In this document: positions 20,110 through 30,125 of the stretch, piece by piece
How the letters are laid out: each line of letters begins with the position of its first letter
How positions within the stretch are numbered: the stretch's first letter is position 1
Source of the DNA: Candidatus Altiarchaeota archaeon
Lineage (GTDB): Archaea > Altiarchaeota > Altiarchaeia > IMC4 > SCGC-AAA252-I15
Assembly: GCA_043800255.1 (NCBI GenBank)
Contig: JAZDNF010000001.1
Coordinates: forward strand, 32,001 to 96,000
Direction of reading: 5' to 3'
DNA length: 64,000 bases
Translations under genes and position numbers: made by a program
Notes under the pieces: generated by a model
The model's input: the letters and a program-made list of their open reading frames with translations, nothing else
Databases searched by the model: none
Told to the model about the DNA's origin: nothing

Positions 20110-20664
20110 ATGAAAAATAAGAGCGAGAAGAACGTTCTGGAATTCGCACTGAAAGATGGTGTGGACGTCCAGGTTGACTTGAAGAAGGTGACGGTCAAGG
20201 GCAGCAAGGGCGAAATAATCCGAACATTCAAGGCTCCGAAGATAAAAATCGAGAGAAAGGACAATACGATAGTCCTGAAGTCTGCCGTAGGTAGGAGAGA
20301 GCAGAGGGCTAAGATGGGCTCCATACGGGCTCACATAAAAAACATGATGAACGGTGTCTCCGAGGGCGTCACATACAAGATGAAGATCGTTTACTCGCAT
20401 TTTCCAATGACCGTCAAAGTGCAGGGGACTACCCTGCTGATAGACAATTTCCTCGGCGAGAAATTTCCCCGGAAGGTCAAGCTGAGGGACGGCGTCAAGG
20501 TTGACGTCAAAGGCCAGGATGTGACACTGACCGGCATAAACAAGGAGGACGTATCGCAGAGCGCAGCCAGCATAGAGCAGGCGACAGACATCAAGCGGAT
20601 GGACCCCCGAGTGTTCCAGGACGGCATATACATAACAGAGAAAGACGGGACACCGGTGAAATAA
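20110..20664 (+). CDS. rpl6: Ribosomal protein uL6
   Basis: YSHFPM, NFLGEK, DPRVFQDGIYI. Confidence 0.96.
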   Translation: MKNKSEKNVLEFALKDGVDVQVDLKKVTVKGSKGEIIRTFKAPKIKIERKDNTIVLKSAVGRREQRAKMGSIRAHIKNMMNGVSEGVTYKMKIVYSHFPMTVKVQGTTLLIDNFLGEKFPRKVKLRDGVKVDVKGQDVTLTGINKEDVSQSAASIEQATDIKRMDPRVFQDGIYITEKDGTPVK

Positions 20665-20665
20665 C

Positions 20666-21370
20666 ATGGCAGATAAGAAGACATCGACGGTCAGGAGGGG
20701 CATGAAACCTGGGCCGAAAAAGGAGGCTGCAAAGAACAAACTAGCGGCTAAGGCTAAAAGACCCTCCAAGAAGCCCGAACCAGAGCGGAAATCAGGGAAG
20801 CCGAAGGCTGAGGAGCGCAAGGCCGAGGAAAAGCAGGCGGAGAAGCCGGCTGCGAAGGATAAGGTCAAAAAGCCCAGGACAGTTCCAGAGCCAGCGGAGA
20901 AGGCCACAGCGGAGACTATCGAGGAAGCCAAAAAGCCAGAAAAGAAGGTCAAGGAGAAGGAGCCGAAGCCCATAGAGAAGATAAAATATCACACGCCCAG
21001 GGAACTCAATGACAGCGAGAAGGCGCTGATGAAAAAAAAACCCAGGTTCCTGCGTCAAGAATACCACAAGCTGCCGAGGTTGGAGGACAAGTGGCGCGCG
21101 CCGAAGGGGATAGACAGCAAGCAGATAGAAGGCAAGAGAGGGAAGGGAAAGCTCCCGAGCATAGGCTACAAGAAGCCTTCAACAGTCTCCGGGCTTGTCA
21201 TGGGATACAGACCGGTGCTTGTGAAAAACACGGCTAACCTGTCCGATGTTTCGTCAGGCGCGGCTGTAATAATATCCAGCTCAGTTGGCAGAAAGAAGCG
21301 GAACGAGATCATAAAAACGGCGAACGAACGTAAAATCATTATCCTAAACCCAAGAAAAGGTGAGCTATGA
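20666..21370 (+). CDS. rpl32e: Ribosomal protein eL32 with long Lys/Glu/Pro/Ala N-terminal extension
   Basis: KPRFLRQE, KWRAPKGIDSK, PSIGY, VGRKKR; position between L6 and L19e. Confidence 0.92.
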   Translation: MADKKTSTVRRGMKPGPKKEAAKNKLAAKAKRPSKKPEPERKSGKPKAEERKAEEKQAEKPAAKDKVKKPRTVPEPAEKATAETIEEAKKPEKKVKEKEPKPIEKIKYHTPRELNDSEKALMKKKPRFLRQEYHKLPRLEDKWRAPKGIDSKQIEGKRGKGKLPSIGYKKPSTVSGLVMGYRPVLVKNTANLSDVSSGAAVIISSSVGRKKRNEIIKTANERKIIILNPRKGEL

Positions 21371-21810
21371 ACCTTTTGACCCAGAAGAGGATAGCGTCTA
21401 AGCTGCTCAAGGCAGGCGTCAGCAGGGTCAGATTGGACCCGGAATCTGCCGAGGAGATAGGGGAGGCGATAACCCGGGAGGACATCAGGATACTGATAGC
21501 GAAAGGCGCGATATCAGCGAAGCCGAAGCAGGGGATAAGCAAAGGACGCGCCCGCGCTAGAAAGCTCCAGAAGAAAAAAGGCAGGCGAAAGGGGCATGGA
21601 AGCAGAAAGGGCACAAAAAAAGCCAGGACTCCGAAGAAGAAGAGATGGATCGGCAAGATACGGGCCATAAGGGACGAGCTTCGCAAGCTGAAGGATGAGA
21701 AGGTCATTAACGAATCCCAGTATAGGAAACTGTACCGGCAATCGAAGGGCAACCTGTTCAACAGCAGAAGGCATCTCAGAGACTACGTAGAGAGGTTGAA
21801 AAGTGGCTAA
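21367..21810 (+). CDS. rpl19e: Ribosomal protein eL19
   Basis: QKRIAS, AITREDIR, GHGSRKG, YRQSKGN. Confidence 0.96.
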   Translation: MNLLTQKRIASKLLKAGVSRVRLDPESAEEIGEAITREDIRILIAKGAISAKPKQGISKGRARARKLQKKKGRRKGHGSRKGTKKARTPKKKRWIGKIRAIRDELRKLKDEKVINESQYRKLYRQSKGNLFNSRRHLRDYVERLKSG

Positions 21811-22309
21811 AGGCGTTTCCTATATCACAAAGTACCGGAGGCGGAGACAGAAGAAGACGAACTACGCAAGGAGGCTTGATCTCCTGAAGAGCGGTGTTCC
21901 GCGCCTCGTTGTCAGGATATCAAACGCCAGCACCAGAGTCCAGGTTGTCGAGTACAGCGAAAATGGCGACCTTATCCTGGCGTCGGCAATCTCAAGCGAC
22001 TTAAAGAAGATGGGATGGGCTAACTCGACATCGAACATACCGAGTGCCTACCTTACTGGGATGCTATGCGCGAGCAGGGCTCTCAGCAAGAACATCAAGG
22101 CAGCTGTTCTTGACATGGGACAGAATCCGATTGTCAAGGGGTCGAGAGTTTTCGCAGCGGTTAAGGGTGCATTGGAGGCTGGCGTCCAAGTGCCAGTTGA
22201 CAAGGAGATGCTGCCTTCTGAAGAGAGACTAATCGGAGCGCATATTAAGGCGAAGGACATAAAATCTGACCTGGAGAAGCTAAAATCTAGCATACTCAAA
22301 AATGGCTGA
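21803..22309 (+). CDS. rpl18: Ribosomal protein uL18
   Basis: RRRRQKKTNY, RLVVR, NIPSAYLTG, GSRVFAAVKGA. Confidence 0.95.
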   Translation: MAKGVSYITKYRRRRQKKTNYARRLDLLKSGVPRLVVRISNASTRVQVVEYSENGDLILASAISSDLKKMGWANSTSNIPSAYLTGMLCASRALSKNIKAAVLDMGQNPIVKGSRVFAAVKGALEAGVQVPVDKEMLPSEERLIGAHIKAKDIKSDLEKLKSSILKNG

Positions 22310-23186
22310 AAAAAAGGAAAACAAAGAAGAGGAGAAGAAACCGAAGCCCAAGCAGGATAAGCTATCAGTAGATGAGAAGAAGATAGAAGTTGGTGAAGCT
22401 GATCCTGATACGGAAGAGGAGATAGAGGGCATTGTAGCGGAGACTGTCGAGGAAAAGAAGGATATTGTTAAAAAGAAGATAGGGGTGGAGGCAGAGGAGC
22501 TTGAGGGAGCGCCTTATGACCTCAGCATGTGGGTTCCGAGAACGAAATTGGGCCTGATGGTGAAGAACGAAGAGCTTACGTCGATGATAGAGGTAATCCA
22601 CAGCGGGCTTCCGGTAAAAGAGTTCGAGATCGTTGACAAATTAATCCCCAATCTGGAGGAGGACATAATAAACGTTGGCAGGGTCCAGAGGGTCACTGAC
22701 TCGGGCAGGAGGATGAGGTTCAGGGTTGTGACCGCGGTCGGCAACCAGGACGGTTTCATCGGCATAGGCCATGCAAAAGGAAAGGAAGCCGGGCCAACAA
22801 TAAGGAAAGCCATCGCAAGGGCTAAGATGAACATAAGGAACGTGAAAAGGGGATGCGGAAGCTGGCAGTGCGGATGCGGCAATCCTCACACTGTTCCATT
22901 CAAGATCCGTGGCATATCCGGCAGCGTCAAGGTCGACCTACTCCCAGCTCCGCGCGGCGTTGGCCTTGTCGGGGGCGAAATCGCAAAAAAGGTGCTGAAA
23001 CTCGCCGGAATAAAAGATGCGTGGGTTCACACTTCAGGCCATACACGGACTAGTCTGAACTTCGCATATGCTGTTTATGACGCACTCGTGAATACAAACT
23101 ACGTAAAGCTAAAGCAGTCTGACATTGACAATCTGAAGATAGTGTCTGATGTAACGAAGATTCCAGTTGAAGATGGACAGGAGTAA
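22302..23186 (+). CDS. rps5: Ribosomal protein uS5 with acidic N-terminal extension
   Basis: WVPRTKLG, VQRVTDSGRR, RGCGSW, PAPRGVGL. Confidence 0.96.
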   Translation: MAEKKENKEEEKKPKPKQDKLSVDEKKIEVGEADPDTEEEIEGIVAETVEEKKDIVKKKIGVEAEELEGAPYDLSMWVPRTKLGLMVKNEELTSMIEVIHSGLPVKEFEIVDKLIPNLEEDIINVGRVQRVTDSGRRMRFRVVTAVGNQDGFIGIGHAKGKEAGPTIRKAIARAKMNIRNVKRGCGSWQCGCGNPHTVPFKIRGISGSVKVDLLPAPRGVGLVGGEIAKKVLKLAGIKDAWVHTSGHTRTSLNFAYAVYDALVNTNYVKLKQSDIDNLKIVSDVTKIPVEDGQE

Positions 23187-23655
23187 GAGACTGGCTGTTG
23201 TCAGAATAAGGGGGAAGGTGCACGTCCGCTCTGACATAGCGGACACCCTGAAGCTCGTCGGCCTCAACAAGATAAATCACTGCGTAGTGCTGGACGACCG
23301 GCCGGCTTACCGGGGCATGATAAGCAAGATAAACGACTATGTGGCTTGGGGCGAGCTGAATGAGAAAACATTCGAGGACCTTCTCATCAAGAGGGGCAGG
23401 GTGGTCGGGAACAGGCCATTCACCGAAGAGTACATCAAGAAGAACTCAAAGAGCAAGGACCTTAAATCGTTTGTCAAGGATTTTCTGAACTTCAAATTCG
23501 AGCTGTCTGAAGTGGCTGGACTGAAGCCGGTATTCCGCCTTAAGCCCCCGAACAAGGGTTTCGAGCGTGCCGGCATAAAGCGGCCATATTCCAGGGGAGG
23601 CGTGCTCGGCAACAGGGGCGACAAGATAAACCAGCTCATTGAGAGGATGATCTGA
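23173..23655 (+). CDS. rpl30: Ribosomal protein uL30
   Basis: AVVRIRG, YVAWGE, KPVFRLKPP, LGNRG. Confidence 0.94.
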   Translation: MDRSKRLAVVRIRGKVHVRSDIADTLKLVGLNKINHCVVLDDRPAYRGMISKINDYVAWGELNEKTFEDLLIKRGRVVGNRPFTEEYIKKNSKSKDLKSFVKDFLNFKFELSEVAGLKPVFRLKPPNKGFERAGIKRPYSRGGVLGNRGDKINQLIERMI

Positions 23656-24164
23656 TGGCTCACGGAGACAGGAAAACCCAGAAGATGAGGGGTTCGAGAA
23701 CCCACGGCTACGGGAACACCCAAAAGCACAGGGGAGCTGGCAGCCGAGGCGGGAGGGGAATGGCCGGAAGCAAAAAGCAGAGATGGATGAAGGTTTCTAA
23801 GGAGATGCCCGGGTATTTCGGAGGGAAGGGCTTCAAGAGGCCTCAGTCAACGTCAACTAAGAACAAGATCATAAATGTCGGGTTGCTGGATGAGAAGGCA
23901 GAGAATTTCGTGAAAGAATCCCAGGCAGATAAGAAGGGCGACACGTATGCCATAGATCTGACTAAACTAGGATTCGACCGCCTGCTGGGGTCGGGGATCG
24001 TGACCCGCAAGTGGAAAATAACTGTTGGAGTTTGCACTCAATCCGCAAGAGAGAAGATCGAGGCTGTTGGAGGGTCTGTTGAGGAGACAAAGCCGAGGCA
24101 GGCCTCTAAGGAGGATGTGAATGAATCTGGAGTTCCTGAGACCGACGCTAAAGTACCTGCCTGA
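23655..24164 (+). CDS. rpl15: Ribosomal protein uL15
   Basis: RGSRTHGYG, RGAGSRGGRGMAG, LLGSG, AREKIEAVGG. Confidence 0.95.
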   Translation: MAHGDRKTQKMRGSRTHGYGNTQKHRGAGSRGGRGMAGSKKQRWMKVSKEMPGYFGGKGFKRPQSTSTKNKIINVGLLDEKAENFVKESQADKKGDTYAIDLTKLGFDRLLGSGIVTRKWKITVGVCTQSAREKIEAVGGSVEETKPRQASKEDVNESGVPETDAKVPA

Positions 24165-25512
24165 GGTAACTCTCCCTAAAAGGGCTGTTCCCTTCAAGGA
24201 GAAGCTGATTTGGACGACCGTTGTCCTGGTTCTGTTCTTCATAATGGGGACAATATACCCCTATGGCGTAACTCCTGAAACGCTTCAGGAGCACATACAG
24301 GGCTTCGGCCAGCTTCAGATGATATTCGCATCTTCTATGGGCACCATCGTGTCGGCAGGCATAGGCCCGATAGTGACTGCGTCAATCATATTGCAGCTCC
24401 TAGTCGGCGCCAAGATGATAGACATAGACCTTACTAAGCCAGAGAACAAGGCCCTATTCCAGGGAACTCAGAAGATACTTACAGTATTGATAGCCTTCTT
24501 CGAGGCCGGGGCGCTCGTGATGGCAACCAAGATGGTTTCTGGGACAGGTCTGATAGCGTTCACGACATTCCAGATCGCTCTGGGTTCCATACTCCTAATG
24601 TACATGGACGAGATCGTTTCAAAGTGGGGCATAGGCAGCGGAATATCCATTTTCATTGCTGGAGGAGTATCCCAGACCATAATCAACGCATCCATGAATC
24701 CGTTGAGGACCGAGGCAGGGTTCTTCGTAGGCGCTCTTCCGAACTTCATGGACCAGATGATACAGGGAACCATAGACCTCATGCTCATATGGCCTGTCAT
24801 TGCAACGGTTATAATCTTCATAATAGTCGTCTTATGCGAGTCGATGAGGCTTGAGATCCCACTATCGTACGGCGGCATAAGGGGTGTCGGCGGCAGGTAT
24901 CCGCTCAAATTCTTCTACGTTTCAAACATACCTGTCATACTCGCGGCCGCATTGCTGCTGAACGTTCAGATGTGGGCCGGCCTTGTCGGCGTTGACGTTA
25001 ACAACATACAATCCTACGACGAGCTCAAGTGGTATCAGAAGTCAGTCTACCAGGTCACAACGTTTGTCACCCTAGGGAACCTCCACGGCGTCGCAAGCCC
25101 AGGCAGGTGGCAGCAGATTCTCGACGCTGACGTCATCCTCCACTTTGTTGTTTACATGATAGCATTCACAGCTCTTTGCGTCCTTTTCGGAAAATTCTGG
25201 GTCGAGACAACCGGTTTGGATTCAGAGAGCATTGCAGACCAGATACAGCAGGGCGGCATGCAGATTCCAGGCTTCAGGAGGGACAAGCGGGTGGTGAAGC
25301 GTGTCCTGGACAGGTACATACCTCAGATTACGATAATCAGCTCGATAGCTGTTGGCTTGCTTGCAGCGAGTGCAGACCTGTTAGGTGCGTTTGGAAGCGG
25401 GACTGGAATACTCCTGACAGTCGGCATACTCTACAGGTTCTATGAGGAGATACAGAGAGAGCAGATGGCTGACATGCCTCAGGCATTCAGGAAGTTCATG
25501 GGCAAATCCTAG
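24121..25512 (+). CDS. secY: Preprotein translocase SecY
   Basis: GIGPIVTASIILQLL, WGIGSGISIFI, YVSNIPVIL, IPGFRRD, GSGTGILL. Confidence 0.97.
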   Translation: MNLEFLRPTLKYLPEVTLPKRAVPFKEKLIWTTVVLVLFFIMGTIYPYGVTPETLQEHIQGFGQLQMIFASSMGTIVSAGIGPIVTASIILQLLVGAKMIDIDLTKPENKALFQGTQKILTVLIAFFEAGALVMATKMVSGTGLIAFTTFQIALGSILLMYMDEIVSKWGIGSGISIFIAGGVSQTIINASMNPLRTEAGFFVGALPNFMDQMIQGTIDLMLIWPVIATVIIFIIVVLCESMRLEIPLSYGGIRGVGGRYPLKFFYVSNIPVILAAALLLNVQMWAGLVGVDVNNIQSYDELKWYQKSVYQVTTFVTLGNLHGVASPGRWQQILDADVILHFVVYMIAFTALCVLFGKFWVETTGLDSESIADQIQQGGMQIPGFRRDKRVVKRVLDRYIPQITIISSIAVGLLAASADLLGAFGSGTGILLTVGILYRFYEEIQREQMADMPQAFRKFMGKS

Positions 25513-26849
25513 ATGAACCTGTCCAGAAAGAGTTTGTAATCCTCTCCATCTATGTTTATCACTGCATTGTCCTTCCTGACAACTATTCTCGCACTCCTGA
25601 GGTCTTTTCCGAATCCTTTGCGTTCCCTTACGATTTTTGGAACAAGCTGGTCTACTATCGTATACTTTCTCTTCTTGTCCACAACCCAGTGGCCGCCCTT
25701 TATGTAAGGTTTGAATCTGCTGTATATCTCTCTGAACCTCTCCTGGTTCTCAACGTCTCTGTCTATCGGAGGCCCCATGTGCTGCACAACATTCGGCAGC
25801 TCCCACACGTTGAACTCGAGAACGATGGCAGACAGCTTGTTCTCGTCGGTCCAGAAGTCGGACTTCATAACGGAGAAACCTTCACCGGAGATTTCGTTCA
25901 CCACAGACTTTAACGTTCTCCTCAGTTGGGAGTAGAGGGAGTTCTCATTTATGTAACCGTGCTTTAGGACGAGCGCGATGGATCTCGTCCCCCTCGATTT
26001 CAGCGCCTTCTCCAACTCCTTCACGGATTTTGCAGCCTTCTTGGACGGAAAGAAAAATGAAACCTTTGGGCTGTCGAGGAACTCCTTCGAGGCGACAATG
26101 AATTCAGCGAGCTTCTGCCTTGAAACCGCGGCTGCCACGTTTCTGTCCTTGTCGACAGGGTCTACGACGATGAGGTCAGAGCCTGTGAAAAAGTACTTCA
26201 AGTCCTCCGGGTTCTCCCAGTGCCTCTCATGGTCTATCACATGGCCGAACTTCCAATCCGACGACGCCTCCAGCACCTTCAGGAACGAGCCATGGTGCAA
26301 TCCAAGCAGCTCTGTCAGGTAGCCTGAGAAACCCTCAATCTTTGATTCGGCGCCGTAAACGTTACAGCCTTTCATGAACTGTTTGAGCAGCCTAATCTCC
26401 GCCCTGAGTTTCGGGTTCTTTTTCAGCTCCCTCTTTATGTAGGCTGTGTGCAGAGGCGTCCTGTCGACCGAGCACATGATCGTCTTCCCTGAATAGCATG
26501 GCACGACCTCTATTGTGTAATTATTGTATCTGCCTTTCACGTAGGGATGCTCGGCGTAGTCTATCTCATAGACTGCCTTAAGCTCTTTGAAGAGCCTCTT
26601 TCCGTAATCCAGCCCCAGCCTTTCCAGATCCTCCCGCGTGACGCTTTGGGGGAATACCATGAAGATGTCGATGTCCTTGTCTCCCCTGAGGTCGGTTTCC
26701 TTTGCCAGAGAGCCGACGAGCATCGGCTTGATCTTGAACTTCCGGAGTTTTTTCATCAATTGTGCGGCCATCTCCGCCTCTCGCTTCCTCTCAGCAGGGG
26801 ATGGCGTAACCCTCTCCAAGACCTCTTGGAGTATCCTCTCAGTTTCCAT
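25509..26849 (-). CDS. cca: Archaeal class I CCA-adding enzyme
   Basis: VGSLAKET..DIDIF, YAEHPY, VDRTPLH, GFSGYLTEL, DPVDKDRNVAA. Confidence 0.95.
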   Translation of the reverse strand: METERILQEVLERVTPSPAERKREAEMAAQLMKKLRKFKIKPMLVGSLAKETDLRGDKDIDIFMVFPQSVTREDLERLGLDYGKRLFKELKAVYEIDYAEHPYVKGRYNNYTIEVVPCYSGKTIMCSVDRTPLHTAYIKRELKKNPKLRAEIRLLKQFMKGCNVYGAESKIEGFSGYLTELLGLHHGSFLKVLEASSDWKFGHVIDHERHWENPEDLKYFFTGSDLIVVDPVDKDRNVAAAVSRQKLAEFIVASKEFLDSPKVSFFFPSKKAAKSVKELEKALKSRGTRSIALVLKHGYINENSLYSQLRRTLKSVVNEISGEGFSVMKSDFWTDENKLSAIVLEFNVWELPNVVQHMGPPIDRDVENQERFREIYSRFKPYIKGGHWVVDKKRKYTIVDQLVPKIVRERKGFGKDLRSARIVVRKDNAVINIDGEDYKLFLDRFI

Positions 26850-27858
26850 TCAAATCAACTCCCTCTATTTTTGTGCTGCAGGCCGGGCATCGCGAGTCTC
26901 TTATGCTGTTTGATGTGACGTTAAAGCCGAACCTCTCGATCAGAAGCTCATTGCAGTTCGGGCATCTGGTGTTCTCTGCGTCCTCATGGGGGACGTTGCC
27001 AGTGTATATGTACTCCAGGCCCTCATCGATGCCGATTTCCTTCGCCCTGTGTATTGTCTCTATCGGCGTCGGATTCAACTTCGTCTCCTTGTAATCCGGA
27101 TGGAATCTTGAGATATGCCATGGCACGTGCTCGCCCAGCTCTTTTCCTATGAAGTTTGCAATCTGCCTCAGCTCGTCATCAGAGTCGTTCCTTCCCGGGA
27201 CTACCAACGTTGTTACCTCAACCCATATGTCTGCATTCACCATGCCCTTCAGGGATTGCAGCACAGGATCAAGCGATCCGCCGCATACCCTCCTGTAAAA
27301 CTCGTCCGAGAAGCTCTTAAGGTCTACGTTCGCGGCGTCAAGCCAGCCCTCGCATTCGGAGATTGTCTCGGCCGTCATGTACCCGTTTGTGACGAAAACG
27401 TTACCGAGGCCCTTCTCTTTCGCGATTTTAGCTGTGTCGTAGGCATACTCAAAAAATATTGTCGGCTCGGTGTAGGTGTATGATACGCTCTCGCAACCTG
27501 ATTCAATGGCCTCGTCCACTACCCCCTCAGGAGTCTTCTCGACGCCTATGATCTCTCCGCCTGACTTCGACCTCTGGCTTATGTCCCAGTTCTGGCAGAA
27601 GGAGCATCTGAAGTTGCAGCCTATTGTCGCGATAGAGTAGCTGTCCGTTCCCGGCTTATAGTGGAAGAGCGGCTTCTTCTCTATCGGGTCAGGGTTTGCA
27701 GCTATCGCCCTACCGTATACGAGGCTGTAGAGCGTTCCCCCGACATTCTCCCTGACCCTGCATACTCCCCGTTTGCCTTCAGGAATCCGGCACCGGTGCG
27801 CGCACAGAAAACAGTTGGCGTTGCCATCTTTTTTCTCGTATAGCATGGCCTGCCTCAT
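26839..27858 (-). CDS. amrS: AmmeMemoRadiSam system radical SAM enzyme
   Basis: DPIEKKPLFH, GCNFRCSFCQNW, YTYTEP, SRFHPDY, YIYTGN. Confidence 0.92.
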   Translation of the reverse strand: MRQAMLYEKKDGNANCFLCAHRCRIPEGKRGVCRVRENVGGTLYSLVYGRAIAANPDPIEKKPLFHYKPGTDSYSIATIGCNFRCSFCQNWDISQRSKSGGEIIGVEKTPEGVVDEAIESGCESVSYTYTEPTIFFEYAYDTAKIAKEKGLGNVFVTNGYMTAETISECEGWLDAANVDLKSFSDEFYRRVCGGSLDPVLQSLKGMVNADIWVEVTTLVVPGRNDSDDELRQIANFIGKELGEHVPWHISRFHPDYKETKLNPTPIETIHRAKEIGIDEGLEYIYTGNVPHEDAENTRCPNCNELLIERFGFNVTSNSIRDSRCPACSTKIEGVDLNGN

Positions 27859-27894
27859 AACTAATAAATAGAATGTGAAGCGTATATATAATCC

Positions 27895-28401
27895 ATGCAA
27901 TACGTTAACATCCCAAAGGAGAGGATTGCCGTTCTAATAGGTTCGAACGGCAAGGCAAAGAAGGAACTGGAGAAGGTCACGAGGACTAAGATCGTGTTGG
28001 ACGGTTCTTCCGTCCAGATAGACGGCGACCCTGTTGACGAGTGGGTTGCGAAGGATGTCGTGAAGGCGATAGGCCGGGGGTTTTCCCCTGAAAAGGCCCT
28101 GCTTCTCATATCGGACGAGATGGTGCTCGAAATCATCGACATAACCGACATCGTGGGCGACTCTCCGAAGTCGATGCTGAGGGTCAAAGGTAGAATCATC
28201 GGTGAGCGCGGGAAAAGCAGGCGGGTCATCGAGGAAGTATCAAACACGTACGTCTCAGTCTACGGAAAGACGGTATCAATTATCGGCGCATATGACGAGG
28301 TTGCGGCTGCGAGGGATGCTGTCCTGAAGCTGATATCTGGCTCGCGTCATTCGAGCGTTTACAAGTTCCTCGAGATGTCTAAAAAAGGCAAAATTCAATA
28401 G
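27895..28401 (+). CDS. KH-domain RNA-processing protein (Dim2/Pno1)
   Basis: IPKERIAVLIG, AIGRGFSPEKA, KGRIIG, VYGKTV. Confidence 0.93.
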   Translation: MQYVNIPKERIAVLIGSNGKAKKELEKVTRTKIVLDGSSVQIDGDPVDEWVAKDVVKAIGRGFSPEKALLLISDEMVLEIIDITDIVGDSPKSMLRVKGRIIGERGKSRRVIEEVSNTYVSVYGKTVSIIGAYDEVAAARDAVLKLISGSRHSSVYKFLEMSKKGKIQ

Positions 28402-28406
28402 ACTGC

Positions 28407-28418
28407 GACCCATTTTTT
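28407..28418 (+). terminator. Putative oligo-T terminator GACCCATTTTTT
   Basis: 5 nt after the stop codon; identical to 19656-19667. Confidence 0.45.
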
Positions 28419-28469
28419 GGCTTTTATTCGTTCCTACCTAATACCTATCCAGCAAGCAGAGGTTAGTTG

Positions 28470-30125
28470 ATGGCAGAGGAGAATATTGTTGTCGAAAGGC
28501 ATGCAGACGACCTTTTCAAGGAATTCAAGGAGGTCTCTGTTACCGAATTTTTCAGAAAGAACAAAGCTCAACTGGGGTTCTCTGGAAGCGTCAGGTCTCT
28601 TACGACAGTTGTTCACGAGCTTGTGACGAACTCATTAGACGCATGCGAGGAGGCTGGGATACTTCCTGACATTGAAATAGAAATCAAGGTTTTGGGGGAT
28701 GAGCACTATTCCATACACCAAAAGGACAACGGCCCTGGCATACCCTTCAAGCACATCTCCTCCGTTTTCGGTAAAATGCTGGCAGGGACGAAATTCCACA
28801 GAAACGTCCAGCTGAGGGGGCAGCAGGGCATCGGCGTGGCCGGAGTCACACTGTTCTCGCAGATGACGACAGGCAAGCCGATAAGAATCAAGACATCAAC
28901 AGGCAAGAAGGTATACGAGCTTAAGCTGATGATGGACGTCACCAAGAACATGGCTGATATCATCGAGACTAAAGAATACGATGAAAACTGGAGGGGGACC
29001 GACATACTCTGCGAGCTTAAGAGCGTCTCATTCAATCTCGGGGAGAAAGGGCCGCTGGAGTACATCAGAAGGACTGCCATCGCGAACCCACATGCGAAGA
29101 TAACAGTCAAGGATCCTGAGGGCAGGAAGACGGTTTTCGAAAGGGTTTCGAAGAAAATCCCCAGCCTTCCGACCGAGATGAAGCCCCATCCGAAGGGCGT
29201 GGACGTTGATGAGCTGTTGAAGCGTGCCAAGAGCACTTCTGCGAGGAGGACGAATTCATTCCTGAGCACGGAATTCTCGAGGACGAGCACAGCAAAGGCG
29301 AAGGAGATACAATCTCTGGTCAGCTTTGACCTGAACAAAAATCCAAGGAAACTGAGCTGGGCCGAGGCCGAGGAGATAATATCGGCATTCAAGAAGATAG
29401 ATTTCATGGCGCCGCCCACAGAGGGTCTGAGTCCGATAGGAGAGGAGCAGATAAGAAAGGCGGTGCTTAGCATATTAAAGCCTGAATTCGAGGTCGTTCT
29501 GACCAGGAATCCGACAACCCATTCAAGTGGGCTGGCGTTCCAGGTCGAAGTTGCCGTAGCCTATGGGGGAGGAGCAGGGCGCCAGGTGAGCGATGGCACA
29601 CGGGTTGAGATAATGAGGTTCGCGAACAGGGTTCCTCTCCTGTTTGATGCTGGAGGCTGCGCCATCACCCAGGCCGTCAACAGCGTGGACTGGAAGAGAT
29701 ACGACGTGAAGGACTTCGAGAACACTCCCATTTCCATATTCGTGAACGTGGTATCTACCCACATACCCTACATCTCGACAGGGAAGCAGAGCATAGCCAG
29801 CGAGGACGAAATAGTGAAGGAGATAAGGATGGCATTGATGGACACTGGGAGAAAGTTCGAGAGGTATCATTCCAGCAGGAGGCGGGCGATAGAGCGCGAA
29901 GCCAGGCTTCATACTCTGTTGAAATACTGCGCAGAGCTTGCGCCGGCAATCGCCAAGATAACCGGCTCCAAGGAGCAGAAGATTGCGAAAAGCCTTGAGA
30001 AGATAATCAGAAAAAAAGTGAAGGTTGATGCTGTTATAGCGGCTGCCGAGGAGGAGGCCGTAAAAGACGAAGAGGAAGCCGTAAAAGACACGACGTTTGC
30101 CGAAGGAGAGGAGAATGAAGGATAA
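28470..30125 (+). CDS. top6B: DNA topoisomerase VI subunit B
   Basis: HELVTNSLDACE, DNGPGI, RGQQGIG, RFANRVPL. Confidence 0.96.
   Translation: MAEENIVVERHADDLFKEFKEVSVTEFFRKNKAQLGFSGSVRSLTTVVHELVTNSLDACEEAGILPDIEIEIKVLGDEHYSIHQKDNGPGIPFKHISSVFGKMLAGTKFHRNVQLRGQQGIGVAGVTLFSQMTTGKPIRIKTSTGKKVYELKLMMDVTKNMADIIETKEYDENWRGTDILCELKSVSFNLGEKGPLEYIRRTAIANPHAKITVKDPEGRKTVFERVSKKIPSLPTEMKPHPKGVDVDELLKRAKSTSARRTNSFLSTEFSRTSTAKAKEIQSLVSFDLNKNPRKLSWAEAEEIISAFKKIDFMAPPTEGLSPIGEEQIRKAVLSILKPEFEVVLTRNPTTHSSGLAFQVEVAVAYGGGAGRQVSDGTRVEIMRFANRVPLLFDAGGCAITQAVNSVDWKRYDVKDFENTPISIFVNVVSTHIPYISTGKQSIASEDEIVKEIRMALMDTGRKFERYHSSRRRAIEREARLHTLLKYCAELAPAIAKITGSKEQKIAKSLEKIIRKKVKVDAVIAAAEEEAVKDEEEAVKDTTFAEGEENEG

Noticed and set aside
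19217-20973. Long antisense ORFs (282 and 309 aa) and similar ones across the window
   Set aside because: Shadows of conserved genes caused by codon bias; no recognisable motifs
30048-30089. 21-nt tandem duplication encoding EEEAVKD twice in the top6B tail
   Set aside because: Local duplication in a disordered acidic tail; no evidence of function
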